Shown here piece after piece: positions 35,059-47,114 of a DNA stretch of 64,000 bases. The first letter of the stretch is position 1. Every line of letters starts with the position of its first letter. The DNA lies in assembly GCA_051362555.1 (NCBI GenBank), contig CM120640.1, positions 49,454,788 through 49,518,787 of the forward strand, given 5' to 3'. The notes beneath the pieces were generated by a model that was not told where the DNA came from, did no database searches, and worked only from the letters and a program-made list of their open reading frames with translations. The position numbers were made by a program, and so were the translations under genes. The DNA comes from Lingula anatina. Lineage: Eukaryota > Animalia > Brachiopoda.

Positions 35059-38000
35059 CTTATTTTCATACTCAAGTTAAAAAGACCTTTCAATAACAAC
35101 GCACACTGTGAAAATACAGCCGGCACTTTATAGTGGCAAGTATAGACAATCATTGCACACGCGCTTTGTAAAGAAGACAGTTACAATAAAACATCGCTAT
35201 TTTTACACATCCATTCATTCATATATATTAATTGTTAACGTCTTAATCAAAAACAGCGTTACCTGTGGATAACATAGTTCGCTGTGCTGCTATTTCTTCG
35301 GCTTGACCAACAGAATTCAGATACCTTCTGGATTTAAACAATATGGAAGGCCAAAGCTTATTTTCAATTTACATGAACTTCAACAGTCAGCGCAAGCTCT
35401 AGCCAGGAAACACCTTAGCTATATATATTGACTCTGCGTCACAAGCTGTCGTAACTCCTGACACAGCGTAAACAAAAATACGCGCGTCCAAAGTGAAATC
35501 ATCCAGAACAGAATGCAGGTTATATGCCCTTTTGGTTCTATGCCAAGATACCTTGTTCGACAACATATGCGTACGCACGTACAGAAAGCAAAACTCAGTG
35601 GTTGCTTATATAATTATGAATATTCAAAAATATGATAATGCTATACAGAACAGCTTTAAACTGCAGGTTGAAGGGGTGGGTTTGTTTAAGGGGGTTGGTA
35701 GTTGCTACCTTTGCTATCTGTTATTTTGCCTGATCTTGCCTGCATATCAGAGTTTTGCACAGTCCAATTGTTTTAACATTTCAACCTCGGAATGTCCTCT
35801 ACCTCAAACACTTGTTAAGATTAAAGCACACAGATGTTTTCTTCTACTGAACAATTTCCCAATTTTTTATCTTTTGTCATGTTGATCCAACTTACAAGGG
35901 GCGTGTAAGTCTGTTTTTAACTAATTGCATTCAGCGAGATTCCCCACAGAGTTGGATTTTTTCTTGAAAATAATAGACCCGCTGCCTTAATTGCAAAAGC
36001 TAACTTATGTAATATTGGAACCTAAAGTACCGATTCCCATTGAAAAATATCGGCGAACTAAACACAGGTTTTAGAATGTGTATAATTAACCCGCATGTGC
36101 ACTTGACGGATGATTTTGAAATGAAAATTACGATGCCACTTCTTTGAAATCAACTTCCTTTAATGTACAAAAATATCACCCAAATCATTGGGCCTAACCT
36201 CTGCGGGTTAAACCGCAAGGTGAATTGCTGACTGTTTGATCTAGCTTTTGTGCAGATAAGAAATCAGAAAAAAATTCTATTTTAGTGCAAGCAACCAGTA
36301 AACAGAAGTGTCTTTATGGTGAGACTAAGCATTATGACAGGGCCCTCCTTCACAGGTGGTATCGAATGACATCCTCTTCAAATGAATGATATATAGTACA
36401 AAATATTGACATTGTGCACTACAGACGATTGAGGATGAAAAAAAATCAAAACCCTTTATAATTAATGTTGATCCTTAAACGAAGAACAGAAAGACTCCTC
36501 TCAAATGACTTTCACAAATAAATTGTACCTTTGGCTTTGAAGAAATAGAATAAATATTTATATATTTGTCAAATCTCCATTTGAATACGCTTGAAGATTG
36601 TAATTTTGAATTACTACTTGATCACATGTGCCTAACTCATTATTTATCCACAGTTTTGCTGCCAAAGTAATCCAACAGTTGACACCCTCTTAATTATAAT
36701 GAAAAACAATTTACTTCTACGCACTAAAACTAGAGTCTTTGCTCTCTAAGGTGAAATGTGACCTCACACGTGTATTCAAATCTTTATCAAATGCGTCATT
36801 TACACGCACCTGACTTAATTGCGATGCAAGTTTTGTCCAAATTTCAGTATCAATCATAATCATAAAGTGGACAAATGTAATATTTAAAGTAGAACTACTA
36901 CTCCTCGTCCACGCGCACCTTCCAACATGGCTGGAGAGAGGTTTTACAAGAGGAGGTCATGTATTAAACGATAAATCAGAATTTTTCTATCTCTTTTCTT
37001 AAAGGCTGCAATTTGATATTGTTACCATTAAAAAGGCACTACATTTACTCTGTGAAACATCAACTGAGGCATGAGTCGCAAAACGTTCGACCTTCTCATA
37101 CTGAACACTGTACCTGAAGATATTTAATCATTTCTGGACGCTAGTCAGCAGTCTCAGCAGCTAGTTGATTTTTTTCTTCAAACTCTATGCCTTTTATCTC
37201 CGTTCCTTTCCTGTAAATAGTGGTTTTCTAAACCTAACTTACGCTAAGATCTTCCCTGTTGCTTGAAGGTCGCCATCTTCTTAACCCAAGGCCAACCGGT
37301 AGATGAAAAGATGCAACGGAGAGAAACAGGTTATCATTTAACAGGGCCTAGCTTATAACAGCAGTCTTTACATTTGATATCGCGTAAGTTTGTGGAGTTG
37401 ACACGTCTATCTTCAATAAATATTTCAGTTCATTGGGACACTCGGTGACACACGGCGAAACACGTGAAAATCAAATTGTAGATTTTAAAAAATCAAATGA
37501 AATCTATTAATATACAAGACAACTAGGGCCTACGTTTTGCTTTTTGATGCAGCAAGTTCCGTATCTGTGTAGGGCCTTAGACCTTGATTTCAAGACGTTC
37601 TTGTATGCTGCATCCTATGCTATTTTAATGAAAAACAAAACAATTTTAAGGTTTATGTAATCCATACTATTAGGCCTATATATTTTGGCTGCTATTTTAT
37701 GAAAGCAAAATACTCAGATAACTTTCTTGTGTGATTTATACTAAACACCAACGTTGCTTATATAAAAACACACTTTATTGAGCTCCGTATTGTAACAAAC
37801 AACGCCGTAGGAAGCCTAGTGATCTTTGGTGCTCAACTCATGAACTGCACATTTCACACAATTATTTTGATAAAACTGGAATGTGTTAGTTGAGAAAGTT
37901 GTAACACGTCCCGCAATTTCAGCTGGTTGATCCGTTCTAAATGTGTGATGGCACTTTCTTTGATCAATAAAGCACTCAATAATGCTGGTAACCGTTATCA

Positions 38001-38290
38001 AACTACTGTAAGCTTATCAATTATCGAAACAGTAGTAGTCCCAACTTTAAATGTTGTAATGTATTGTAGAAATTGCATCAGAAGGTAGCTGTTAATTTAA
38101 TCACGTAAGCCTTTTTAATATTCATATATACAGGGCACTCTAAAATAGACAATAACTCCGTTCACCTAACATTTCACCCTATTTATAACTGAAATAACTA
38201 AGTTTAAAAAAAGTCATGCAAGCATTGTAGCTTCTCGGCTTGATAATACCCAGTATTTTATTTATCGGTGAATAGTTTAAAAGTGCAAAC

Positions 38291-39418
38291 ATGGCCGCCC
38301 CCAGGCGGCCCTTTGCAATATTAAGTTATTTTTCTCGAAAAATTCTTTCAGGTCAGACATTTCATCACAAAGGGAAGGTCCAAAATAGCAATACCATATT
38401 AACACGTTATTACAATGGGAAATCGGCGCGATATAGTTTTCGTAAAAACAAAATAATTGCCCCAAAATGGGCTGGCGGCCTTGCGACTCTAGGTTTGTCT
38501 GCGACTCTCTTACTAAAATATTCGCCAGTTTCAGAAGCAAAGAGTAAAGCCGATGACTTCAATGTAATAGCTGATGTTGTAGAAGAGGTGTTGCCTGCTG
38601 TTGTATTTATAGAAGGTAACAGGTAAGTGTACGTCTGTTGTAAATATTAACACTATAACTTAAATCTTTGTAAAATCTTTGTACTAGCCTTCCTATTGGA
38701 TGGCGTCCGCCATATAGATAAACGTCCCAATAAAACATTCGTCCCGATAGATACGTCTCTATACATACACGTCTCAATAGATTTACGTCTCGTTAAATTT
38801 ACGTTCCGATAGATCTACCAACAGTTTCCTATAAACCCACGTATCTTTAGATCCAGGTACCGCTAGATCCATCTATCTGACATCGTAATTAATCGGCTAA
38901 AATGCCGATATAAACTTGAGATACAGGTATGAGGCTTTTGAGAGATAGTCTGGATGCGAGTACTGACCCACTCAGTGAGATGACTTAATTACAACCTGAT
39001 ATTTATTTATTTATATATTTATTAGGTGTTCAAACAAGACATAGGCCTACATGTACGTTCGCGTCTACACGTCTTTACTATCGTTTACTATCATTTACTC
39101 CATTCCGCAATGTACGCACGTAACGTCATCAATGTAAACTACTTGGACATAAAAACGACACAAATTCGTTATTATGTCCAAGATGTAAGTAACTTCTATA
39201 TATATATATGTATACAGCCGATTTTTGCCTGCAAACTTTGGGTATGTTTGCCAACCATACAATAATGGTTTCTATCAAGTATACAAGACAGTTATCAGGC
39301 AGAATCATTCATGAAATGCCCAAATAAATCATACACAGCATAAAATAAGAAGGGTTTACTTGTAAAACTCTTAACATTATTTCATCAACTTTTGCCGAGT
39401 TCTTAATTGACGGGGGTG

Positions 39419-39451
<33 letters not shown>

Positions 39452-42400
39452 TGGATTAATCACTATGACAAAAAATATAATCTTAGGTTCCTGTCAGAAG
39501 CTTTCGTAATCAAAACTAAATGAATGTAAGGGTGCATTCCCATAGATTTTAGATCGATCTATCCCCATGGGGAGTCTCACTAGATTACTGTCATATAATC
39601 CGGCTTAAATGTCCGTCCTGCCTACTACAAGCTGTAAGGGGGTAATTAACTTTCGTGCCCGCTCGGCTGACAGCTATTTAGCGTGAACCCCCAGGGAGTT
39701 AGGTCGATCTAGTTTGGATCGATCTAATCTCTGGGAATGGGGTCTAACATGAAAATAACAAAACATCTAGTGAAATCATAAATTTCTGTCAGATAATGCA
39801 TTAGTAGGCCTAATTGTTAAGGTCCACTAAATGCATGTGATGAAATCACTCATTTACATATTATGTTTATACTTGTAATTAGTCAGCATATCATCATTCA
39901 CCTTACTTCAGTCTTGAATGAATATTTATCATCCTCTGTATAGGTATACCTGATAAGTAGAACTGGTTTAACTTAAAAGTAGAAGCCCTCAATTGTTATC
40001 TATTGCATTGCAATTAGTATTTAAATGAGTTGCTGCCACTGTGGCATGGAGATAGATTCTCTGGTGATAAGGCTGAATGCTTGGACTTAATAAAGGACTT
40101 TTAGACTTGGAACTGAATATGTGAGTCTGTGGATATATTCCCTCTCCCATGCATCAGTGACAAGTAAAATATTAGAAGAACCTGGGTAGGGTGGAACATG
40201 GACCCCTACATAATGTAAATTACCCGAGTATTGCGTAAAAACGATCTATAGTAGAATAATAAATTGCTGAAAGGATTAATATGTGTACTCTCGTTTTAAA
40301 CAGTGCATTTTATGTACTGAGTAGTATACCAACCATTTTGAGCAATAGTGTACCTGTAATGGATCTATCGGTATTTGGATCTAAAAATACGTGGATCTAT
40401 AGGTATGCGGATTTATAGGACGTGGGTTTATGAGGACATCGTATCTATAGGAACGCAAATTTATAGGACGGTGGTAAAAAATCGGATCTATCGGTATTTA
40501 AATCTAAAAAGACGTTTTTTCAGTTTTCCCTTTATGTATCTATCGGGAACGGGAGTACAGGGACGTGTAATATTTTGGGACTAAATTTTATCCGTACGTA
40601 CCCTATTGGATAATCATTACAAGTGTGACTCAGTTATATTTATTGTTTCTTTGCCAGCCTGCCCCCCCCTTTTTTTAAAGAAAAACTTCTCAGTTTACCG
40701 GATTAATTATTATTATTTTAAACTGAAGTATGTTTGTTACCAGTACCTATTCACCCCAGACACTCTTGACTATCACCCTGGCCAGATTGATTATTGAATC
40801 TACATGTGTAGGAAAAAAAAAACAATAAAAATCAATTTCATATTTTTTGACAAATTTATGAAATTGCCATATATATATATATTTACTCCTCTACCACAAA
40901 AAGTGTCACCCCAAATGCAATGTGTAAAGTGATACAAAAAATGATGTCATTCATCAGTGTTCTTTATTTAACTTCTAAAGTATTTTTTTTACAACAAGTT
41001 ACTGAATGTACAACTAATGAATAAGCTAACCATATTAAAAAAATCAGTGGAACTTTTTGGTATTTTGTACAGTGTCTTCTGGATTGGAGGACACACCTGT
41101 TGCGTTTGTGAGTGAAGTCAAAAGTGTAACGTTTGTGCAGTTATGGCGTTCCACATTCAGTGCAAAAATAGTATGAGATCATTTTTGTTTGCAAAGTTAT
41201 TCCTCAGTTATCCATTTCTGGGATATCCTATACCTTTTTAATGAGGTTTTGTTCCAGGGATTGAGCTGACCATGGGGGGGGGGGGGTCTTGATCTATTTA
41301 TTGTGTTGGCTGTATGTGGAGTATTGTAGCATTATCATGCTGAAACATAAATGGGTGATCATGGTCACCAAAGATATTTTCAATAGAATTCCTTAAGTGT
41401 CCTTTACAGTACTTATAGATGCAATGGTCTCTGTTATAGTTTTCATTGATGATTTGTTGCTATTCCATAACTCTAAAGCATCGCAATTTGCGACCGAGCA
41501 CTAATAGCAGTATCACCATTAGTTTCGAGGCTATTATTTGTTAACTAACACTAGTACATCTCATTGCAAATACCTTTGCACATGCATAATTCATTATTTT
41601 ATAGTGTCTTTCATGTAATTAAACAAGGCGGCAAGTTTTGGTTGCTAGTCATAATAGCCTATTACAAAGCATGAAAGCTTATAAAAGATTGGGTCACTAG
41701 GTACCTCTGATAGAAAAAAACTTGCTATAAATTGTCAGGGGAAGAATGCTAAGGATATAGATTGTAATTTCATCAAAGACCAAAAAAAAAAGTTATTGAT
41801 GAAGATTTTATAAAATCATGTTTTATTAGCATAAATATTTCAAAATTAAACATTTCATATATATCATTTTATGTTTTCTGATGAATATACATCTGTGTAG
41901 TCTATTGATAATAATCATCAGTTTAAAAGTTTCATTTTCTACACAATGTAAAAAACAGAAACAAAGCATTCGATCACACCCTGACCTTCCTCAGAGTCTG
42001 TTATTGTAAGACTGAATACTGCTCAGCAATGTATCAATAATTGTATCAGTTCAAATGCACCCTTCACTGATTGAATTGTTTTTGACATTTAATTGGTGTC
42101 AAACACTTCAAATATCAGTATTTGTTATTGTGATTTTCTTATTATTTAAAACAATATCTTGGTTAGCATCATAATGAAATAAAATTAATTTTGTTACATG
42201 ATGTCTTCACTTTATGCAGCAATCAAACTTCAGTAGCATTTGAGGATATAATTGTACTTCCGGACATGTAAATATTACGTTGCTTTAAGTTAGCAGGTGG
42301 GTGCAATTGCCACTGCAAAGAAGGTTTGATCAGTATGCTTGCAATGCTTTCAAGTTATGGAGCCCCGAGAAAAATATTGGGATTATACTTCTTAGCATCT

Positions 42401-43038
42401 GTTTTCCAAACCATCATGTGTCCAAATTCTGACAATGCTTCACCTGCTTTCATCTGAGAACAGTATCAATGCTCAGATATTGGTTGGTGCCCTTTCATGA
42501 GTTGCAGAATAACATCTGACTCCACTTAGACGTATCTCTCTTTACTTTCAGATCAATATTTGGCAGGAGTGGTGGGTCTGGGTTCATAATTCATGAAGAT
42601 GGAGTGATTCTTACCAATGCCCATGTCATTGATAACCAACAAATCATTCAAATCAAATTACAAGATGGAACCACTTACCCTGGAAAAGTTCAGTATATCA
42701 GCCATGAATTAGACCTTGCAACTGTCAAAATAAATGCTGTAAGTTGTTTTTTGTCTTAGTATGGTATTTAAAATGGTATATCTTTTAAGTCACTGAAAAT
42801 CTACATGCTTCTAGAGGTAGGTATATTACAATATTGCTTGACAAGTATTAACCACTTCATGTTCGGGATATGTGTAAGTCCTAGATTTTTTGCATCAGCA
42901 GACCTAAAGGTCAAATTTTTGTGAATATAATGTATACATCTGTTAAGCTCCTGTCTGTCTTGTCCAATGCAGTATTTGTTAGTTATTATAGTTTTTCATT
43001 GTCAGAACAAAATTGGATGTCTCATTTGACCGTTTATC

Positions 43039-43092
<54 letters not shown>

Positions 43093-45027
43093 TTGAGGTT
43101 TATTTCTTACACAGCACATTCTATAATTATATATTTCAAACTGCCAAGGTTACTGTAATGATTCCTTTACAGAAAAACCAAGTTTTTTTTCATAAGTATG
43201 TTTAATGTATATTTGACTTTTTCCAAAGTGCCGTGGATTAACCCAATACGAAAACAAGCCAATCTGTATAGTTTATGTTTGCTGAAATTTCAAATGAAAT
43301 GATATATGTCATCTTCAGAGACGCAAACTGCCAACGCTTGAGCTGGCTGAGAGTAGAAAAGTCAGAGCCGGAGAATGGGTGATAGCCATGGGAAGCCCTT
43401 TTTTACTCAATAATTCAGTGACGGTAGGAATAATCAGTGCTGTCAACAGATCAGGGAAGGATTTGGGATTGGGTTTCTCTGACATGGATTATTTACAGAC
43501 AGATGCTGCCATTAATGTGAGAAGAAGGAAAATCTGTTTTTGTGACATAATAAGTTCTAAATATCTTTAAGATGAACATAAGTATATCTTACAAATTATG
43601 ACACGACAACAAATAAATGAAAGCATTTCGATTTCTAGATTATTTGAAGTAGTACAGAAGAGTTTCACTACAGATAATAATTGGAACTGTTGTAATTGCT
43701 GATAAACACTTTCAAGGTAAAAGTTCTCTTAGGCTTAGTATATGGGTGATCATAATTGAAGTAGACTTAATATTCACTAGATTTCCCCCTCCCCCCTTTT
43801 TTTTTTTTTTTTTTTTGACAAATTCTTGTTATGCTCCTGCGTTTTGCAAATTAAATTCTTGTTATAATCATACAATTTGTACTTTTTAGCCAGGAAATTC
43901 TGGTGGACCCTTAGTAAACTTGGTATGTATTCTAATCAGTAAAAGTTTCATAAATCACAGATATGTTTTGTTATTTTATCTTATGTATTATGTATATTAT
44001 TAGCTAATTTTTGGTTAAGAATCATGGCTCATTTATTACACATCAAAAAACTTATATTTCTTTATGTAAATTTGTCATCTATTGGGGATACGTATATTTG
44101 TTAGAGATATTCTTTTTTTTTAGGATGGAAAAGTAGTTGGAGTTTCTCGCATGAAACTGGCAATGGCCAGCATTGGGTTTGCTATCCCTGCTGACTATGT
44201 GAAAGAATTCTTGACAAAAGCTGAAAATGCTGAAAAGCAAGGTTAGTCTTTAAAAATCTTTTATTATCAACACACTAACAGTGAAGTTCAGTCAGTGCAC
44301 TAAAGATTAAATTAAGCATTTGTAAAATTTCTAAATAAAAATTTTCTTGTTTTCTTCTGAGCAATTTTATGTTGGTTTCATTTCAGTAAAATCCAAAGGA
44401 ACATTTTCAATGTTTGACAGTAAAAAAAGGATATACCTTGGTGTCAGTATGATCACATTGACTCCAGCCATAGCATGGGAATTAAATCGCAAAGGTCTCA
44501 CCTGGATGAGGCCAGATTTACAAGGAGTATTAGTGGCAGAGGTACACCATCCATCAACTGCTTACAGGTATGAGACCCATAGCAATAAATTACTGATTCT
44601 TTGTCTTTCTACACTATAAAAGTATAGAATCAAAGAGAATACAGTATTTCTCAGCTACAGCCATTTTAAGATCAATAATTTTTTCTTCACACTTCTTCTA
44701 AGCACATTATTATTGGATAAGCTAATGCTAAGGTTAATATGTAATGGTTTACCTATATTTAAATATTAAATGTACAAAATAAAATTTCCTTTTTGATTTA
44801 TTTCCATAAATATTTTTAAGGTGGTAAATTCAGTAACCTCATTCTTTTATACAATTTACAGAGCTGGCATCAGACCTCATGATGTTATAGTCAGTATCAA
44901 TGGAGAAAGAATGAGATCATCACAAAATGTTCACCAAGCATGTATGAACAGTGAATCCTTGCTGATAACTCTGATACGTAATGGAAAAGAGTTGCATGTG
45001 AGGGTGACTCCAGATAATATGGATTAA
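38291..45027 (+). CDS. HTRA2: HtrA2/Omi-like serine protease with PDZ domain, probably mitochondrial, about 404 aa
   Basis: Exons 38291-38622, 42552-42738, 43319-43516, 43890-43922, 44124-44241, 44387-44567 and 44862-45027 join in frame (1215 nt). Basic, acid-poor presequence followed by a hydrophobic segment. Motifs: [26 protein letters not shown] (His), DLA (Asp), [15 protein letters not shown] (Ser); PDZ with YLGVSM and AGIRPHDVI. Confidence 0.93.
39418..39446. repeat. (GT)n microsatellite
   Basis: Directly visible. Confidence 0.95.
39530..39744. mobile_element. PIF/Harbinger-like MITE nested inside the foldback element
   Basis: Imperfect TIR GGGTGCATTCCCATAGATTTTAGATCGATCT / GGATCGATCTAATCTCTGGGAATGGGGTC, with TAA on both sides (39527-39529 and 39745-39747). 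Confidence 0.65.
43041..43091. repeat. (AAT)n microsatellite
   Basis: Directly visible. Confidence 0.98.
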
Positions 45028-45030
45028 GAA

Positions 45031-45446
45031 TTATTACCTCCGCCAAGGAGGTTATGTTTTCACCCCTGTTTGTTTGTCTGTTTGTCATCAACATAAATCA
45101 AAAAGTTATGGATGAATTTCAATGGAATTTTCAGGGTAGGTCAGAAATGGGTCAACTTAAAAGTGATTACTTTTTGGTGGTGATCTGGATCAATAATCAA
45201 TCAATAATCAAAAATCAAAAAACTAAGTTATGGACCGATTTTGATGAAATTTTCAGGAACTGAAAGTGGGCCAAGGAAGAGATGATAAGTTTTTGGTGGT
45301 GAACCGGATCAATAAACAATCAATAATCAATAATCAATAATAAAAAACTAAATCATTATAGAATGAAAATTTAGGGGTGAAACGGCATTGGGTGGAGACT
45401 TTGCTGCCTTGGCGGAGGTCTGCGCTCTCGGAGTGCTTTTCTAGTT
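45031..45446 (+). mobile_element. Helentron-associated non-autonomous element (HINE/DINE-1-like)
   Basis: Subterminal inverted repeat ACCTCCGCCAAGG (45036-45048) / CCTTGGCGGAGGT (45407-45419). GTTT/GTCT microsatellite, two tandem ~120-bp internal units, 3' hairpin GCGCTCTCGGAGTGC followed by TTTTCTAGTT; TT insertion context. Confidence 0.85.
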
Positions 45447-46235
45447 ATGTAAATATGTAGAACGATTTCACATGGAGGGGGGCGGGGCAGTTAGGAATGA
45501 TGTAAGCTTATGCAAATTATTTTCCCAGATGATTTAGCAGACATATATAAAAAATCCTCATTGCAGTGGCAGTTACGTCATCTTTATTGCTGTTTTTATC
45601 AGATCAAGTGACATTCACAGCTGCTTCACAGATGGGGATTTCATTTAGCAAATTGACAAAGAAAACCATGTCATGCAGATACATATTCATTTGCTTCCAG
45701 AAATAAAGCAAATTATTTTTCAGGTGTTTTGATCAGCTTTTTTGTTTGCATGGTATACAGAGAATGTACCAATGATTTTCACTATGCCTTTTTTAATTTA
45801 AAAATCGCTTCTGACAGTTAAATAAACAATGTATAAATGACGCATAGAAGCACAAATGCAATGTGTGAAAGATGCCAGAAAGAATGGAGCCTTGTTTTGT
45901 CAGTGGTAATGCACTCTTTATCACAGCATCTAAGATTAATTTGGAATGAATAAATAATTGCAAATTACGTATATTATATATTAAATGTATATATGATTAT
46001 TGTATTACGGAGAAAAGATTTAAATACATAGGTGCTACAGGCTGCAAAAGCATGGCCAGAAAAACATTCTACTTCGAGATTCTATCTATGTTATTGAATA
46101 TTAATCTTAAAATAAAAGAGTTCCCATGTGTTCAACCTATGCACTTTATCACTGTATGTAAAGCATGCCAGAGTCGCAATTTCTTTCACGTTTTTATTTC
46201 AAAATAACGATGGTCAGTAGTAATAACTACACCTA

Positions 46236-46249
46236 GTTGCCGTGGTAAC
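46236..46249. promoter_or_regulatory. RFX X-box
   Basis: GTTGCCGTGGTAAC is a one-mismatch fit to GTTGCCATGGYAAC. A strong donor AAG|GTAAGC about 75 nt downstream (46322) is consistent with a non-coding first exon of the 47115 gene. Confidence 0.6.
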
Positions 46250-47114
46250 AACTCGTATGCTCATACTGCACCTGCCAAATGTATTCGTTCAAGCAGCCAA
46301 ATTCCCTCATGCTGTAGATAAGGTAAGCTTTAAAGGTAATTTTGTCTGCAATATTTGTTTTTTATAAGCTCGACTGCCATTATCAAATAGAAAAAACAAA
46401 CAAGGAGAAGAAAATGTCTTTAAGTCGGTAACAGACGTGCAGGAAATACGCACAAAGGGAACTAATGTCGTGACTTTGTAAATATTTATCAAAGCTCGCC
46501 TTGTCAGCGGTCCTTTAACTTATAACTTCCCGAGGCTGTGCTTCATATCACGGCGCTTGTGTTATGTGTGCTTAAGGGTGTCACTTATATCGTTGACACA
46601 CTAAAGGCTGCCATACACTAGCTGAAAGCGAGGTGTCAGCTTTCAAATTACGGCCCACAAATATGTATATACAATCTTTTTTTTATGAAAATGGGTTTGT
46701 TCTATAAGATTCAGCAGTCTGAAGCCAGTGCTTTAATGACTGTTTATTCTTTACATCGGCGGCTATTCTAAAAACCCATGTCAATAAACAGACCCCATGA
46801 CCGACACTTACTTACATGCAATATTTATTTGAGGCGCAGTGAACCACAACCAAATAGTTAGTTGTGCCTTGCATTATGCAAACAATAGCTGCATGGTGAT
46901 ATAGTAAACAGTACAATGTGTGTGCTGTACTCCTTTAGTCGGGGAACTGTGAATACACCAGTGAATACACAAACGGCGGACAGGAGTTCATATATTAATG
47001 AGATTTCAAGCCAGGTTTTATTGGGTATATGCTGGCGTAACTAGACGACCCAAGTATGAAAATAAGACTTAGACAACCATGATGACACCAATGTTTAAAA
47101 TTTGAACTATCACT

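Larger units (their letters stand above)
38702..40602. mobile_element. Foldback/Mutator-like element with repetitive inverted arms and 9-10-bp TSD, in HtrA2 intron 1
   Basis: Direct repeat (C)CTATTGGAT at 38692-38701 and 40602-40611. Termini are GG...CC. Arms (~38702-38872 and ~40359-40602) are made of degenerate ATAGATnnACGTCC-type subrepeats in opposite orientation, and their inner ~46 nt are clear reverse complements. Confidence 0.7.

Noticed and set aside
36198-36220. GC-rich hairpin CCTCTGCGGGTTAAACCGCAAGG
   Set aside because: Isolated; no correctly spaced Helitron CTRR end or other structural support.
38702-40602. Short interspersed repeats considered as a CRISPR-like array
   Set aside because: Degenerate units, no constant repeat-spacer period, eukaryotic intron context; better explained as foldback TIR subrepeats.
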